Assembly: GCA_051747585.1 (NCBI GenBank)
Contig: JBNJGH010000024.1
Coordinates: 1-38,646 of the forward strand
Source: Candidatus Rifleibacteriota bacterium
GTDB taxonomy: Bacteria; Muiribacteriota; Ozemobacteria; Ozemobacterales; Ozemobacteraceae
Length of the DNA: 38,646 nt
Direction of reading: 5' to 3'
Made by a program: the position numbers and the translations under genes. This document shows positions 16,023 to 25,620 of this stretch, in pieces. Each line of letters starts with the position of its first letter. Positions within the stretch are counted from its first letter, which is position 1. The notes below the pieces were generated by a model. That model saw only the letters and a list, made by a program, of their open reading frames with translations, did no database searches and was not told the DNA's origin.

Positions 16023-18474
16023 AAGTTGCTCCTGATTGAATTGGTTTTTGTTCTTCAATAATTGAATTAAGGTAGATGTAGCTTCTTAAAAGCTGGCGGG
16101 TGGCCAACTCCGGTTGAGCAGACTGGGCGCAGGCCTGTAAGGTAAGATCCATTGCACTGAATGCTCTCTGGTCGTCGCCAATCAAATTGAAGCAGTAAGC
16201 CAGCAGCAAGTTAGATTCAACATCTACAGGTGAAAGTTCAATTGCGGTTTGCAATGTTTTTATGGCGTTATTGAAATCGCTGTTTTTGATATGTTGGGTG
16301 GCAAGCTTTTGATAAATAATCGGATTTCTTGGCGATAAAGATGCGGCTTTCGATAACAGCTTTATGCTTTCGTTTGTTTTGCCCGCAATCTGGTAAATTT
16401 GTGCCAGAAGCATGTAAGCGCCAAGAATCTTTGGATAAATATTAAGAGCTTTTACCAAATGTTTGGCAGCTTGCTGGTATTTTCTTACATAATAATAAAT
16501 TGAACCCAGATTATAATGGGCTTTAACCAGATTTGGGTTGATTTCTAAAGCAGAAGTGTAATATCCGGCAGCTTCAGAATAATTTTTTTGCATAAAATGA
16601 ATATTGCCAAGTCCGAGAATTGCTTTTAAGTGATCTTTTTTGGAACTGAGAATTTTTTTGAAAATTTTCTCGGCCATTTCAAAATTTTTGGCGGCAACAA
16701 AACTGTTAGCCATTTCGATTTCATCGCTATAAGACTGTTCAGGCATAAGCGGTCTGGTAATTTTTTCTACCGGAGCGGGTGCAGCCTGTTGCGGTTCAGG
16801 TTGTAGTTTCTCTTTTTTTTCTGGAGGTGCCGGTTTTTCCGTTTCAGGAGCTTTAGTTTCGGGCTTGGGCTCTTCTTCTTTTGCTTCAGCCTCAGATTCA
16901 GGACTTGCTGTGGTCTCTTCTCCGGTTGGCTGGGCCAATTTTTCTTTTGTCTGTTGTGTTTCTTTAAAGCTTGCATTGATCGAAGCTGCAATTTTTTCGG
17001 GATTCTCGATAAGCTGAGAAATAAGATTATTTACTGCGGGAAGAAGTTCTTTTGATTTACTTATTTCACTACCGATTTCACCGAGCACAAAGGTTGCCGA
17101 TTTAATCAAAGCTTCATCGTTGCTGGCAAAAAGTTCTTTGAGATTGTCGAGAACTTCATATTCGCCACATACCCAGAGTGTTTTTATTGCAGTGCTCTTA
17201 ACCCTGTTGTCTTCGTGTTTGAGTAATTGTTTGAGGGTTACGATAAAGTCTTTTCCGGGCTTTCCTGAAAGAAGTTTAAGAGCTTCGATAGTATTGGAAA
17301 CCACTCTGGGGTCTTCGCTTTCAAGAAACTTTGTAATCTTGTCGACCATATCTGCATTGCCGATTTGGCCAATACAGGAGATAATTGTGGCCTGAACAAT
17401 GAAGTTTTCTTCTATTTGAAGCCTTTCAATCAGAAGTTCACCGGCTTTATCCGGTGCACATCTCGCTAAAGCAAGGCTGGCCTGAACCCTTACATCAAAA
17501 TTCGGATCGCTTAACATTGGTTTTAAATGCGGAAAAGCGTCAGGATATTCTATCTTTCTCAGTGCATTTGCTGCATTTCTTCTTACATCAGGATCTTCGT
17601 CTTTTAAACACCTGGAAAGCTGCCTGATGAATTTGGAATCTTTGATTTCACCAATGGCGTATGCCGCTGAAGCTCTGTACCATTTATCAGAATGTTTCAG
17701 CATCTGCTTGAGTGTGTCTGAAACGTCATAATCACCATATTTCCAGATAGCTTTGGCCACATTAGCTTTTACCCTGTTACTTGGATCATCAAGGTAGGGC
17801 TGAATTATGCCGACAATCGAGCCGGATTTAAGGCTTTCGATTGCTTCGATTGCGTTGGCACGTACCCTTGGGTCATCGTCACGGAGAGCAGATTGAAAAA
17901 CGGGCATAAGTCGTTCATTCGACATCATGCCCAAAGACATAATAATCGAAGCTCTAATTCGCGGGCTTTTTTCCTGGGCCAGAATCTTTTTGAGCAGCGA
18001 AGCTGACTGCCAGTTCATTAGTTTTCCCAGGGCAAGAATGGCAGAAATTATAGCTTCTTCTTCGAAAAATAATTGAGTAGTTGGCTCGTCAGATTCGGTT
18101 ATATCTTCTTCGGATGGATTCAAGCCGGTCTCTGCATAGCTGTTGAGAGCTTCCATCAAAATATTGAAAGCTTCAGGATTTTCCATCATTCCCAGGGCTT
18201 GGGCGGCATTAAATCTAACTTCCTGCTGAGAGTCATTGAGTGCGTTGATCAAAAGTTTGACCGCTTTTGAACTGTCAATGTTTCCGAGAGCAAGCGCCAT
18301 AAAATCCTGGATGTTGTCGCTCTCGTAAGTTTGTAATAAAAAGTCTGTAGCGCATTCACCCTTAAATTTTGAAAGAGCGATGGCTGACTCTCTTCTTTGT
18401 TGATAATCACCGTTTAAAAAATTGTTAATTAAATGGGCTAGCAATGGTTGTAGACTATCTAGAACAGCTTTCAT
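16012..18474 (-). CDS. HEAT-repeat (PBS-lyase-like) plus C-terminal TPR protein
   Basis: Many HEAT units (DSQQEVRFNAAQALG, DDDPRVRANAIEAI, DEDPDVRRNAANAL), a Pro/Glu/Lys linker, then TPRs (ALEINPNLVKAHYNLG); GAGGA SD. Confidence 0.9.
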   Translation of the reverse strand: MKAVLDSLQPLLAHLINNFLNGDYQQRRESAIALSKFKGECATDFLLQTYESDNIQDFMALALGNIDSSKAVKLLINALNDSQQEVRFNAAQALGMMENPEAFNILMEALNSYAETGLNPSEEDITESDEPTTQLFFEEEAIISAILALGKLMNWQSASLLKKILAQEKSPRIRASIIMSLGMMSNERLMPVFQSALRDDDPRVRANAIEAIESLKSGSIVGIIQPYLDDPSNRVKANVAKAIWKYGDYDVSDTLKQMLKHSDKWYRASAAYAIGEIKDSKFIRQLSRCLKDEDPDVRRNAANALRKIEYPDAFPHLKPMLSDPNFDVRVQASLALARCAPDKAGELLIERLQIEENFIVQATIISCIGQIGNADMVDKITKFLESEDPRVVSNTIEALKLLSGKPGKDFIVTLKQLLKHEDNRVKSTAIKTLWVCGEYEVLDNLKELFASNDEALIKSATFVLGEIGSEISKSKELLPAVNNLISQLIENPEKIAASINASFKETQQTKEKLAQPTGEETTASPESEAEAKEEEPKPETKAPETEKPAPPEKKEKLQPEPQQAAPAPVEKITRPLMPEQSYSDEIEMANSFVAAKNFEMAEKIFKKILSSKKDHLKAILGLGNIHFMQKNYSEAAGYYTSALEINPNLVKAHYNLGSIYYYVRKYQQAAKHLVKALNIYPKILGAYMLLAQIYQIAGKTNESIKLLSKAASLSPRNPIIYQKLATQHIKNSDFNNAIKTLQTAIELSPVDVESNLLLAYCFNLIGDDQRAFSAMDLTLQACAQSAQPELATRQLLRSYIYLNSIIEEQKPIQSGATYES

Positions 18475-18570
18475 TTATTTCCTCAATCTTTTATATAGTA
18501 ACTTTCCTTTGATACTAGCAGATTGCGATTTTTTTTTAAACGTAATTTTTGCGATAAAACCTGATTAAAA

Positions 18571-18684
18571 AGATTGCTTTGTTGCTATGCACCTCGCAAT
18601 GACAATTTGCGGCTGTCATTATATATTGCTCATTGAGCGTTAGTCGAAGTGCCTGTGCTGAGCGGAGTCGAAGCAAAGCAATCT
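18571..18684. repeat. Composite REP-like palindromic element
   Basis: Terminal 11-bp inverted repeat AGATTGCTTTG / CAAAGCAATCT; inner AATGACA/TGTCATT stem; two tandem TGAGCG(n)AGTCGAAG units at 18634-18649 and 18659-18673. Confidence 0.65.
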
Positions 18685-18747
18685 AAATGGCTTGAAACAG
18701 CCGTTAAAAATTAAATGGAAAACTACTGGTCGTATGGTTATAAATCG

Positions 18748-18777
18748 TTGTAACTGTAAACAAGAATAGGGTATAAT
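18748..18777 (+). promoter_or_regulatory. Putative promoter of the pilT cluster (leaderless start)
   Basis: TTGTAA (18748-18753), 18-bp spacer, TATAAT (18772-18777); ATG 7 nt downstream with no SD. Confidence 0.55.
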
Positions 18778-18784
18778 TCAAAAC

Positions 18785-19858
18785 ATGCCAGACGATAAAA
18801 GCCTTTATAAATTACTTAAACTAACTTTTGACGAGAAGGGATCAGATTTACATTTAAAAGCGGGCAGGGTTCCGGCAATAAGAGTTGATGGTCATATTCG
18901 TCATCTCGAGGGGTTCCGTTTCAATAAAAGAGATTTTAAAGATATTATAGAAACTCTTTTGACACCGGAACAGCAGGAACTGTTTTTACAGAAACATGAG
19001 CTCGATTTTGCCCATACACTTGAGGGTGTGTGCCGCTTCAGAGTAAATCTATATATGGATCTTAACGGCTATGGTGCAGTTTTCAGGGTAATACCATACA
19101 GAGTTATGGATTTCGATGAAATTGGTTTGCCTCAGGCTGCTCGAAAATTAATAGAACAACCCAATGGCCTGATTCTTTTAACAGGTCCGACTGGAGCAGG
19201 TAAAACCTCTACCCTGGCAAGTTTTTTGAACTATGTTAATCATACTGCCGCGCGTCATATTGTAACCATCGAAGATCCTATTGAATATCAGTTTGATGAT
19301 GTTAAAAGCTTCTTCAATCAAAGACAGGTCGGAGTAGATTGTCTGGGATTTTATGAAGGGTTGCTGACGGTATTGCGCCAGGACCCTGATATCATTGTCG
19401 TGGGAGAAATGAGAGAGCCTGAAACAATTGCTCTCACTCTTAATGCCGCCGAGACCGGCAAACTGGTGCTGGCAACTTTGCATACCAGTTCTGCGGTTTC
19501 TACCGCTGAGCGCATTGTTAATGTTTTTCCCGAATCACGACATCATCAGATCCTTTTGCAGCTTTCAATGGTGCTTAGAGGGGTTATTTCCCAGAGCCTG
19601 GTGCAAAAAATAGATGGCGGCCGGGTAGCTGCTTTTGAATTGCTTTTAAATACTTCTGCCATACGGTCTTTGATTGCAGACGGTAAAATTCACATGCTGC
19701 CCTCATACCTGGAAACGGGTACCGAATATGGCATGACAACAATGGAACTTTCGTTGGCCAAGCTGGTAAAAGAAAAAATTATAAAAAAAGAAGAAGCTTT
19801 TGCAGTTGCACCAAATTTGAATGCCCTTAAAAAAATACTGCTCGAGCCGCCAAGCTGA
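18785..19858 (+). CDS. pilT: PilT/PilU family type IV pilus retraction ATPase (paralogue 1, canonical motifs)
   Basis: SDLHL, Walker A GPTGAGKTST, Asp box TIEDPIE, Walker B DPDIIVVGEMR, ATLHT, AIRSLI. Confidence 0.9.
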   Translation: MPDDKSLYKLLKLTFDEKGSDLHLKAGRVPAIRVDGHIRHLEGFRFNKRDFKDIIETLLTPEQQELFLQKHELDFAHTLEGVCRFRVNLYMDLNGYGAVFRVIPYRVMDFDEIGLPQAARKLIEQPNGLILLTGPTGAGKTSTLASFLNYVNHTAARHIVTIEDPIEYQFDDVKSFFNQRQVGVDCLGFYEGLLTVLRQDPDIIVVGEMREPETIALTLNAAETGKLVLATLHTSSAVSTAERIVNVFPESRHHQILLQLSMVLRGVISQSLVQKIDGGRVAAFELLLNTSAIRSLIADGKIHMLPSYLETGTEYGMTTMELSLAKLVKEKIIKKEEAFAVAPNLNALKKILLEPPS

Positions 19859-19869
19859 GGAATGATTTA

Positions 19870-20907
19870 ATGCTGAGAATTCATAAATACTTCAAAATCG
19901 CACTTGCAAGAAATGCCTCTGATCTGCATCTAAAAGCAGGAAGCCCGCCGATGATAAGGGTGGGGGGGCGTATTCTTGTATTGCCCGAAGAACCACTGGC
20001 ATATCAGGAAATGCCGAATCTTTTTCTGCCTTTGATGGACGTTAAATCGCAGAATGATTTGCGAGCTGCCTTTGAAACAAACTTCATGACCAGATATAAA
20101 AATCGCTGGCGTATCAGAACCAGCATTTTCAGACAAAGAGGTTGCCTTTCGGGCTCATTCAGGTTTATACCCCTGCATCCACCTTCTATTGACAGTCTTA
20201 GTCTGCCGGTTCTTTTAAAAGATATTGCAGGTAAACCAAGGGGGTTGTTTCTTGTTACCGGCCCTGCAAATTCAGGTAAAACCCATACTCTTGCCGCTAT
20301 AGTCAATGAAATTAACCGTATTTCAGCCAGGCATATAATAACTATTGAGGACCCGATTGAATTTGTTCACAAACCTAAAAAATCTATTTTTACTCAGAGA
20401 GAAATAGGTATTACGGCAAATGGCTATAACAGCGCTTTAATGAATGCTTTACGCGAAGACCCCGATGTTATTCTTGTTGGCGAAATGCGTGATACCAATA
20501 CAATTGAGATGGTCTTAACCGCTGCTGAAACAGGGCATCTCGTGTTTTCGACGCTACATACTGTGGGTGCTGTCCAAACCATAGATAGAATTATTAATGT
20601 TTTTCCCGGTCACAGACACGAAGAAATTAGAACGCAACTTTCAATGTCTCTTATCGGAATGATTTCGCAGATACTTTTACCCAGCATCCATAAAAAAGAA
20701 AGAGTGATGGCCTACGAATTAATGATTATTAATTCGGCAATGCGCAACCTTATAAGGGAAAAGAAAACTAACCAGTTAAAGTCGGCTTTGATGCTTGCCC
20801 GAAAAGACGGCTGTAAAACTCTGCGTGATTCATTGACAGAAATGCTTAAAGATGAGCGGGTTGATGGCAAGCTGGTATCTACGCTTTTGAAGGAGATAGT
20901 TGAATAA
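19870..20907 (+). CDS. pilT: PilT/PilU family ATPase (paralogue 2, canonical motifs)
   Basis: ASDLHL, GPANSGKTHT, TIEDPIE, ALREDPDVILVGEMRD, His box GHLVFSTLHT, AMRNLIRE. Confidence 0.9.
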   Translation: MLRIHKYFKIALARNASDLHLKAGSPPMIRVGGRILVLPEEPLAYQEMPNLFLPLMDVKSQNDLRAAFETNFMTRYKNRWRIRTSIFRQRGCLSGSFRFIPLHPPSIDSLSLPVLLKDIAGKPRGLFLVTGPANSGKTHTLAAIVNEINRISARHIITIEDPIEFVHKPKKSIFTQREIGITANGYNSALMNALREDPDVILVGEMRDTNTIEMVLTAAETGHLVFSTLHTVGAVQTIDRIINVFPGHRHEEIRTQLSMSLIGMISQILLPSIHKKERVMAYELMIINSAMRNLIREKKTNQLKSALMLARKDGCKTLRDSLTEMLKDERVDGKLVSTLLKEIVE

Positions 20908-23057
20908 TGGCAGAATTTAATGAAATTGAATCCTTCAGATATGTAAAAGCGGTCAAAAAAATACTTGAGCCGGCAAGCCGTTTTCTGGAAAAACTACAGC
21001 AAGAAAGTTGCTCAGATGAAGTGAAGCTCGAAGCTTTGATAAGTCTGGGAAAAATTGGTGACAATGGGTCTTTAAATATTTTAATAAAGGCCTTTGAAAA
21101 TTTTCCTGATTATATTGAACCCATTACAGCCCTGGGATTATACAAAAACAGTACGCCGGTGCCAAAACTGCTGGAGCGTTTAGAAGATCCTGATGCCCTG
21201 TATAAAGATGAAATAGTAAGGGTGTTAGGGGAAATCGGCGATCCTATGGCTACCAAACCTTTGATTGAATTGCTTCACGATGAAGATCGAATGGTAAGAT
21301 ATTATGCTGCCCGTGCCCTTTATAAAATGGGCGGCCGCGATGTAGTTCAGAGCCTGTGCGGATTGTTGAACGATCCGGATGAATGGATTGTTATAAATGT
21401 TCTTGAAATATTGGCCAGCCTCAAAGACCCTGAAGCAATACCTTCTCTGGTCGGGCAATTCGAAGTTGCCAGAGATTCAAGGTTAAAGGCGATAATAATT
21501 TCTTCGCTTTCGGCTTTTGATGAAGGAAAGTTGCTCAAAACATTTGAAAGTGGTCTTACTTCTTTTGATCCGAGAATTCAGGCAAATTCTGTTGAGGCTA
21601 TTTCGCGACTTAAGATTCCAGCCCTGGAAATGAAACGCAAGCTTAAAAAATTCTATGGACACGAGAATAACAGGGTGCGTGCCAATGTCTGTATCGCTTT
21701 GGCTCAGGCCGACAGAGAAGCCATCGAGAAAGAAATAGAAGCGATGCTTAACAGCAGAGACGCTTCAACCAGGCGATCAGCAGCCTATGTGCTTATGAAC
21801 ATCGATTCGGAAAACCGGGTCGAAAGGATACACCAACTATTACAGGATGAAAATTTCGGGGTTAGAAAAATGGCTCTAAAAGCAGCCTTAGCCCTGGATG
21901 AAAATATCGGAATCAATGAAATTATTCCATTGCTTGAAGATAAAAACCAATGGGTGAGAAGGCAGGCGGTTGAATGTGCTGTTCGGGTGAATGATTTCCC
22001 TGCAGATAGAATTCTGGAGCTTTTTGAAAATGAAGATAGTTCGGCAGTAGTTGAAAGTATTCTTAAATTCATCAATTCAAGAAGCTTAAAAACGGCAGTC
22101 CCCATGATTTTTGACCGAATCAAGCTCGAACCCGAAGATGAATTGCCCTGGTTAATTGCTTCACTTGGGCATCTTGGCGCACGAGAGGAATTAAAAAAGG
22201 TTAAGAGATTCCTGGGAGCGGTCAGAACAGAGGTGTTTGCTCAATATTACCAGGCTTTACTTATAAACGGTGATCTGACTGTGTTTGATGAGATTGTTTC
22301 TTTCCTTACTGCTAAAAAACGTAATCAAGATCTTCTGGTATGGTCAGGTATTACTGGTGAAGTAGGGGCTTTCGCTACCGACCCCGATAATTATTCTCGG
22401 TCTCTAATCGCAGCACTCGAACCTGAGGTTAAAAAAGATATGCAGGGTGTTGTTACTGCGTTTGATGAGCCCGACGAAGAAAAGAACTATGAGCGGCAAC
22501 TGGAGCAGGCAATGGAACTGCATGATTCAGGAAATTACAGCAAAGCAGCCAGGCTCTTCAAGAAAATAGTAGATAATCAACCCGAGAATTCAGATGCTGC
22601 TTATTATCTTGCAAGTTCATACTATAATCTTGGAGATGTTAAAAAGGCAATCGAGCAGTTGAACAATAATATAAGAAGATTTTCTGATAATTTTTCTTCT
22701 TCTTTGTTGCTCGGGCAGATTTTATTTAGAAAAAAAGAATGGCAGAAGCTTATTGACTGTTACGAAAAAGTAACAGAGAAGATTGCAGAGAGCGATAAAA
22801 GAAATAAAATCAGAGTCTTTGGCGCACTGGGGCTGGCTTATTTCCATACAAAGGCTTACAAAAAGGCGATTAATGCTTTGAAAGCAGCTCTCGAAATAAA
22901 CCCGAGAGACTTGTCTTCTTCTTATCATCTGGCTTTATGCTACTATGCAACCGGAAAAAACGAGCAGGCCAAAACAATTCTCGAATCTTTGCGAAAAAGG
23001 CTGCCATCAGACAGTAAAGTGCTTAAAAACGTTATTGAGCTGCTACAAAGAATTTAG
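20907..23057 (+). CDS. HEAT-repeat plus C-terminal TPR protein
   Basis: HEAT units (DEDRMVRYYAARAL, DPRIQANSVEAI, ENNRVRANVCIAL) and TPRs (ALEINPRDLSSSYHLALCY); coupled to pilT2 by a TAATG overlap. Confidence 0.9.
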   Translation: MAEFNEIESFRYVKAVKKILEPASRFLEKLQQESCSDEVKLEALISLGKIGDNGSLNILIKAFENFPDYIEPITALGLYKNSTPVPKLLERLEDPDALYKDEIVRVLGEIGDPMATKPLIELLHDEDRMVRYYAARALYKMGGRDVVQSLCGLLNDPDEWIVINVLEILASLKDPEAIPSLVGQFEVARDSRLKAIIISSLSAFDEGKLLKTFESGLTSFDPRIQANSVEAISRLKIPALEMKRKLKKFYGHENNRVRANVCIALAQADREAIEKEIEAMLNSRDASTRRSAAYVLMNIDSENRVERIHQLLQDENFGVRKMALKAALALDENIGINEIIPLLEDKNQWVRRQAVECAVRVNDFPADRILELFENEDSSAVVESILKFINSRSLKTAVPMIFDRIKLEPEDELPWLIASLGHLGAREELKKVKRFLGAVRTEVFAQYYQALLINGDLTVFDEIVSFLTAKKRNQDLLVWSGITGEVGAFATDPDNYSRSLIAALEPEVKKDMQGVVTAFDEPDEEKNYERQLEQAMELHDSGNYSKAARLFKKIVDNQPENSDAAYYLASSYYNLGDVKKAIEQLNNNIRRFSDNFSSSLLLGQILFRKKEWQKLIDCYEKVTEKIAESDKRNKIRVFGALGLAYFHTKAYKKAINALKAALEINPRDLSSSYHLALCYYATGKNEQAKTILESLRKRLPSDSKVLKNVIELLQRI

Positions 23058-23124
23058 ATTGGATTGGTGAAATAATCATGGCATTGTGTCGATACGCCGT
23101 TAAACATAAAATTGCGAGGTCTGT

Positions 23125-24177
23125 ATGTCGGATTTAGTTAAGCTGTGTCAGGAAGTAACGACCAAGAATGGTTCTGACATTCATGTGTTCCCAGGGCAGC
23201 CTGTTTTTTATCGGGTTAACGGATTGTTAAATCGACTGGATGATTTTATTTTTAGTGAAGAACAGGTAAAGAAATTTATTCTTGAGACCAGTTCGCCCAA
23301 GGCTCGAGAAATACTTGGGCGACAGCGACAGGTTACCTATGCAGTAGATGTTGAGGGGGTAGGCCGGGTAAGGTTTTCTGTATTTCTCGATAAGGGAAAA
23401 TTTGCTATTGAAATGCGAATTCTGGCCGAAAAATTTTATGAACTCGAGCATCTGGGTTTTACTGAAGGAATAAGAAAAGTTATTTCTCAGGCAAACGGAC
23501 TTATCCTGGTTGCCAGCCCCTCCGGAGAAGGCAAAACCTCAACTATAGCAGCAATTTTAAATTTTATTAACAAACATTTCGAGAAAAGTATTTTTACCAT
23601 CGAAAATCCGGTTGAATTTGTATTTAAAGATGATAAATCTGCATTTATTCAGCGAAGTATTCCGGTTGATATAACCAACTTTTACAGCGGATTGTGTGAA
23701 GCCTATCGAGTTGATCCGGATGTAGTAGTTTCTGATTCAATAAACTACCCGGATGCAATGGATCAGGCCTTGACTCTTTGTGAGTCAGGTTGTCTGGTAA
23801 TTGGTTCAACCGAGGGAGGGGATTGTCAGCAGATTATTGATAGAATAATTAATTCGCGAGAGCCCCAGGAGCGTGAAGCTTTAAGAACTAAGCTGGCTTC
23901 CCAGCTCAAAATGATTATCAGCCAAAGGCTTGTTCCGGTTGAACATATGAAGGGAGTGGAAGCAATCTTTGATATAATGATCAATACTCCCCAGTTGAAA
24001 GGTTTGATTCGAAATAACAATATGAGTATGTTTAGAGCCTTGCAGAGCCAGGGCGAAATTGCCGGAATGAGAACCTTTGATTCACAGCTTTCGAGCCTTG
24101 CACGAAAAGGGGTTATTAATCCCAAAATCGCCAGAGAATTCGCAATCGATAAAAACAGATTTGTTGGAAAAAGTTGA
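23125..24177 (+). CDS. PilT-like ATPase paralogue 3 with degenerate Walker B and His box
   Basis: GSDIHV; Walker A SPSGEGKTST retained; Asp box TIENPVE; Walker B DPDVVVSDSI lacks GE; His box replaced by GCLVIGSTEG. Confidence 0.85.
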   Translation: MSDLVKLCQEVTTKNGSDIHVFPGQPVFYRVNGLLNRLDDFIFSEEQVKKFILETSSPKAREILGRQRQVTYAVDVEGVGRVRFSVFLDKGKFAIEMRILAEKFYELEHLGFTEGIRKVISQANGLILVASPSGEGKTSTIAAILNFINKHFEKSIFTIENPVEFVFKDDKSAFIQRSIPVDITNFYSGLCEAYRVDPDVVVSDSINYPDAMDQALTLCESGCLVIGSTEGGDCQQIIDRIINSREPQEREALRTKLASQLKMIISQRLVPVEHMKGVEAIFDIMINTPQLKGLIRNNNMSMFRALQSQGEIAGMRTFDSQLSSLARKGVINPKIAREFAIDKNRFVGKS

Positions 24178-24191
24178 TGGGAGCAGTTTGA

Positions 24192-25232
24192 ATGGATACT
24201 AGAAAATTAATTGAAGATGTAAAAAACGCCGGCGGTACTGAGCTCCATCTTAAAATCGGTTCCAAGCCTTTAATGAGAAGAAGCAAGTTTTTGCGAAAAA
24301 TCAGCTCTCCTGTTCTGCAGGAAGATGACATGAAGAGTTTAATCGAAGAATTTCTCAGTGCAGAAGATCAAAAAAAGTTTGCCAGATTAAGCTCTTTTGA
24401 AGCCAACTTTTTTGGTCAGCCGCCCTGCAACTTTAGAATGACTCTGTTTCATTCTCAACAAAAACCAATCGCTATTATAAAAATTATAAGTGGCGATATT
24501 CCAAAACTTAAGGAAATAAATTTTCCTGATGCACTTGTACCTGCTACAAATTCGAGAAGGGGAATTTTTATTCTGGCTGGGCCTGCACGGTCAGGCATTT
24601 CGACAACTCTGGCTTCGATAATCGAGCAGGTCAATCAGACTGATAAAAAACATATTCTGGTTATAGAAGACCCGATCGAATTTAATTTCAAACCCAAGGG
24701 TTGCAGAATTTCGCAACGGCAGTTTCGCAAAGATATTTATAGAATTGAACAGGGCATAAATTTTGCCAAACGAATGGATGTAGATATACTGGTAATAGGT
24801 GATCTTAAAAGAGATATACCTTTTAGAAGCGTTTTAGAATATGTTGCCGGCGGGCATTTTGTTATTTTATCAATGCAGACTCTTGGAATAGCAAACACAC
24901 TGGAGAAATTTATTTTTTCTTTTCCCGAATCAGATAGAAATTATGTTTGTCAGGTACTTGCAGAAAATCTTCTGGGTCTTTGCTCGCAAACCCTTATAAC
25001 TGATCCGGCCGGGCAAAAAGTTGTTCCTGTCCAGGAAGTCCTGGTGATGAATCAAACTGCTGCAAGTATAATTCAGAAGGGCAAGGTAGCTCAGCTTGAG
25101 CCCAATATCATGAGTGCAGGCGAGGGGAGCCAGGTATTTGCACAACATCTGCAAAAATTGTATATGAATAATGAGCTCGATCGAAATTCGGGCGAAAATT
25201 TTCTTGAATTTTATAGAGGTATGAGAGCTTAG
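24192..25232 (+). CDS. PilT-like paralogue 4, probably catalytically inactive
   Basis: TELHLK; Walker A GPARSGISTT lacks the Lys; VIEDPIE retained; Walker B DILVIGDLK has Glu replaced by Asp; GHFVILSMQT. Confidence 0.85.
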   Translation: MDTRKLIEDVKNAGGTELHLKIGSKPLMRRSKFLRKISSPVLQEDDMKSLIEEFLSAEDQKKFARLSSFEANFFGQPPCNFRMTLFHSQQKPIAIIKIISGDIPKLKEINFPDALVPATNSRRGIFILAGPARSGISTTLASIIEQVNQTDKKHILVIEDPIEFNFKPKGCRISQRQFRKDIYRIEQGINFAKRMDVDILVIGDLKRDIPFRSVLEYVAGGHFVILSMQTLGIANTLEKFIFSFPESDRNYVCQVLAENLLGLCSQTLITDPAGQKVVPVQEVLVMNQTAASIIQKGKVAQLEPNIMSAGEGSQVFAQHLQKLYMNNELDRNSGENFLEFYRGMRA

Positions 25233-25235
25233 AAT

Positions 25236-25613
25236 ATGAATTTAAAAAAGCGATTTGGTTTTACCATGATAGAAATGAGCGTTGTTGTGGCTATTATAGG
25301 TATTTTATATGTAACAGTAGTACCTATGTATGGTAAAACAATTATAAGAGGTAAAGAAACTGCCTTGAAAAAAGATTTGTATGTTTTTCGCAAAACCATC
25401 GATGCTTATTACAAAGATTATGGAAATTGGCCTGAAAGCTTAGACTCTCTGGTTGAGCAGGGGTATTTGCGCAGCATACCACCCGATCCTTTTACCGAAA
25501 GCAAAGATACCTGGAAAACCATACCTTCGGAAGACGGGGCCGGAGATGTTTACGATGTGAAATCCGGCTCAGACAAAACCGGTCTCGATGGCAAAAAGTA
25601 TTCCGAGTTTTAG
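25236..25613 (+). CDS. GspG/PulG-like pseudopilin
   Basis: RFG|FTMIEMSVVVAIIGIL class III signal and the KETALKKDL...WPESLDSLVEQGYLRSIPPDPFT motif of short GspG-like pilins. Confidence 0.9.
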   Translation: MNLKKRFGFTMIEMSVVVAIIGILYVTVVPMYGKTIIRGKETALKKDLYVFRKTIDAYYKDYGNWPESLDSLVEQGYLRSIPPDPFTESKDTWKTIPSEDGAGDVYDVKSGSDKTGLDGKKYSEF

Positions 25614-25620
25614 CCGGCTG

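Noticed and set aside
23125..25232. Calling PilT3 and PilT4 pseudogenes
   Set aside because: Both frames are full length and uninterrupted, with plausible SD sequences and tight operon spacing; the changes noted are substitutions at catalytic motifs.
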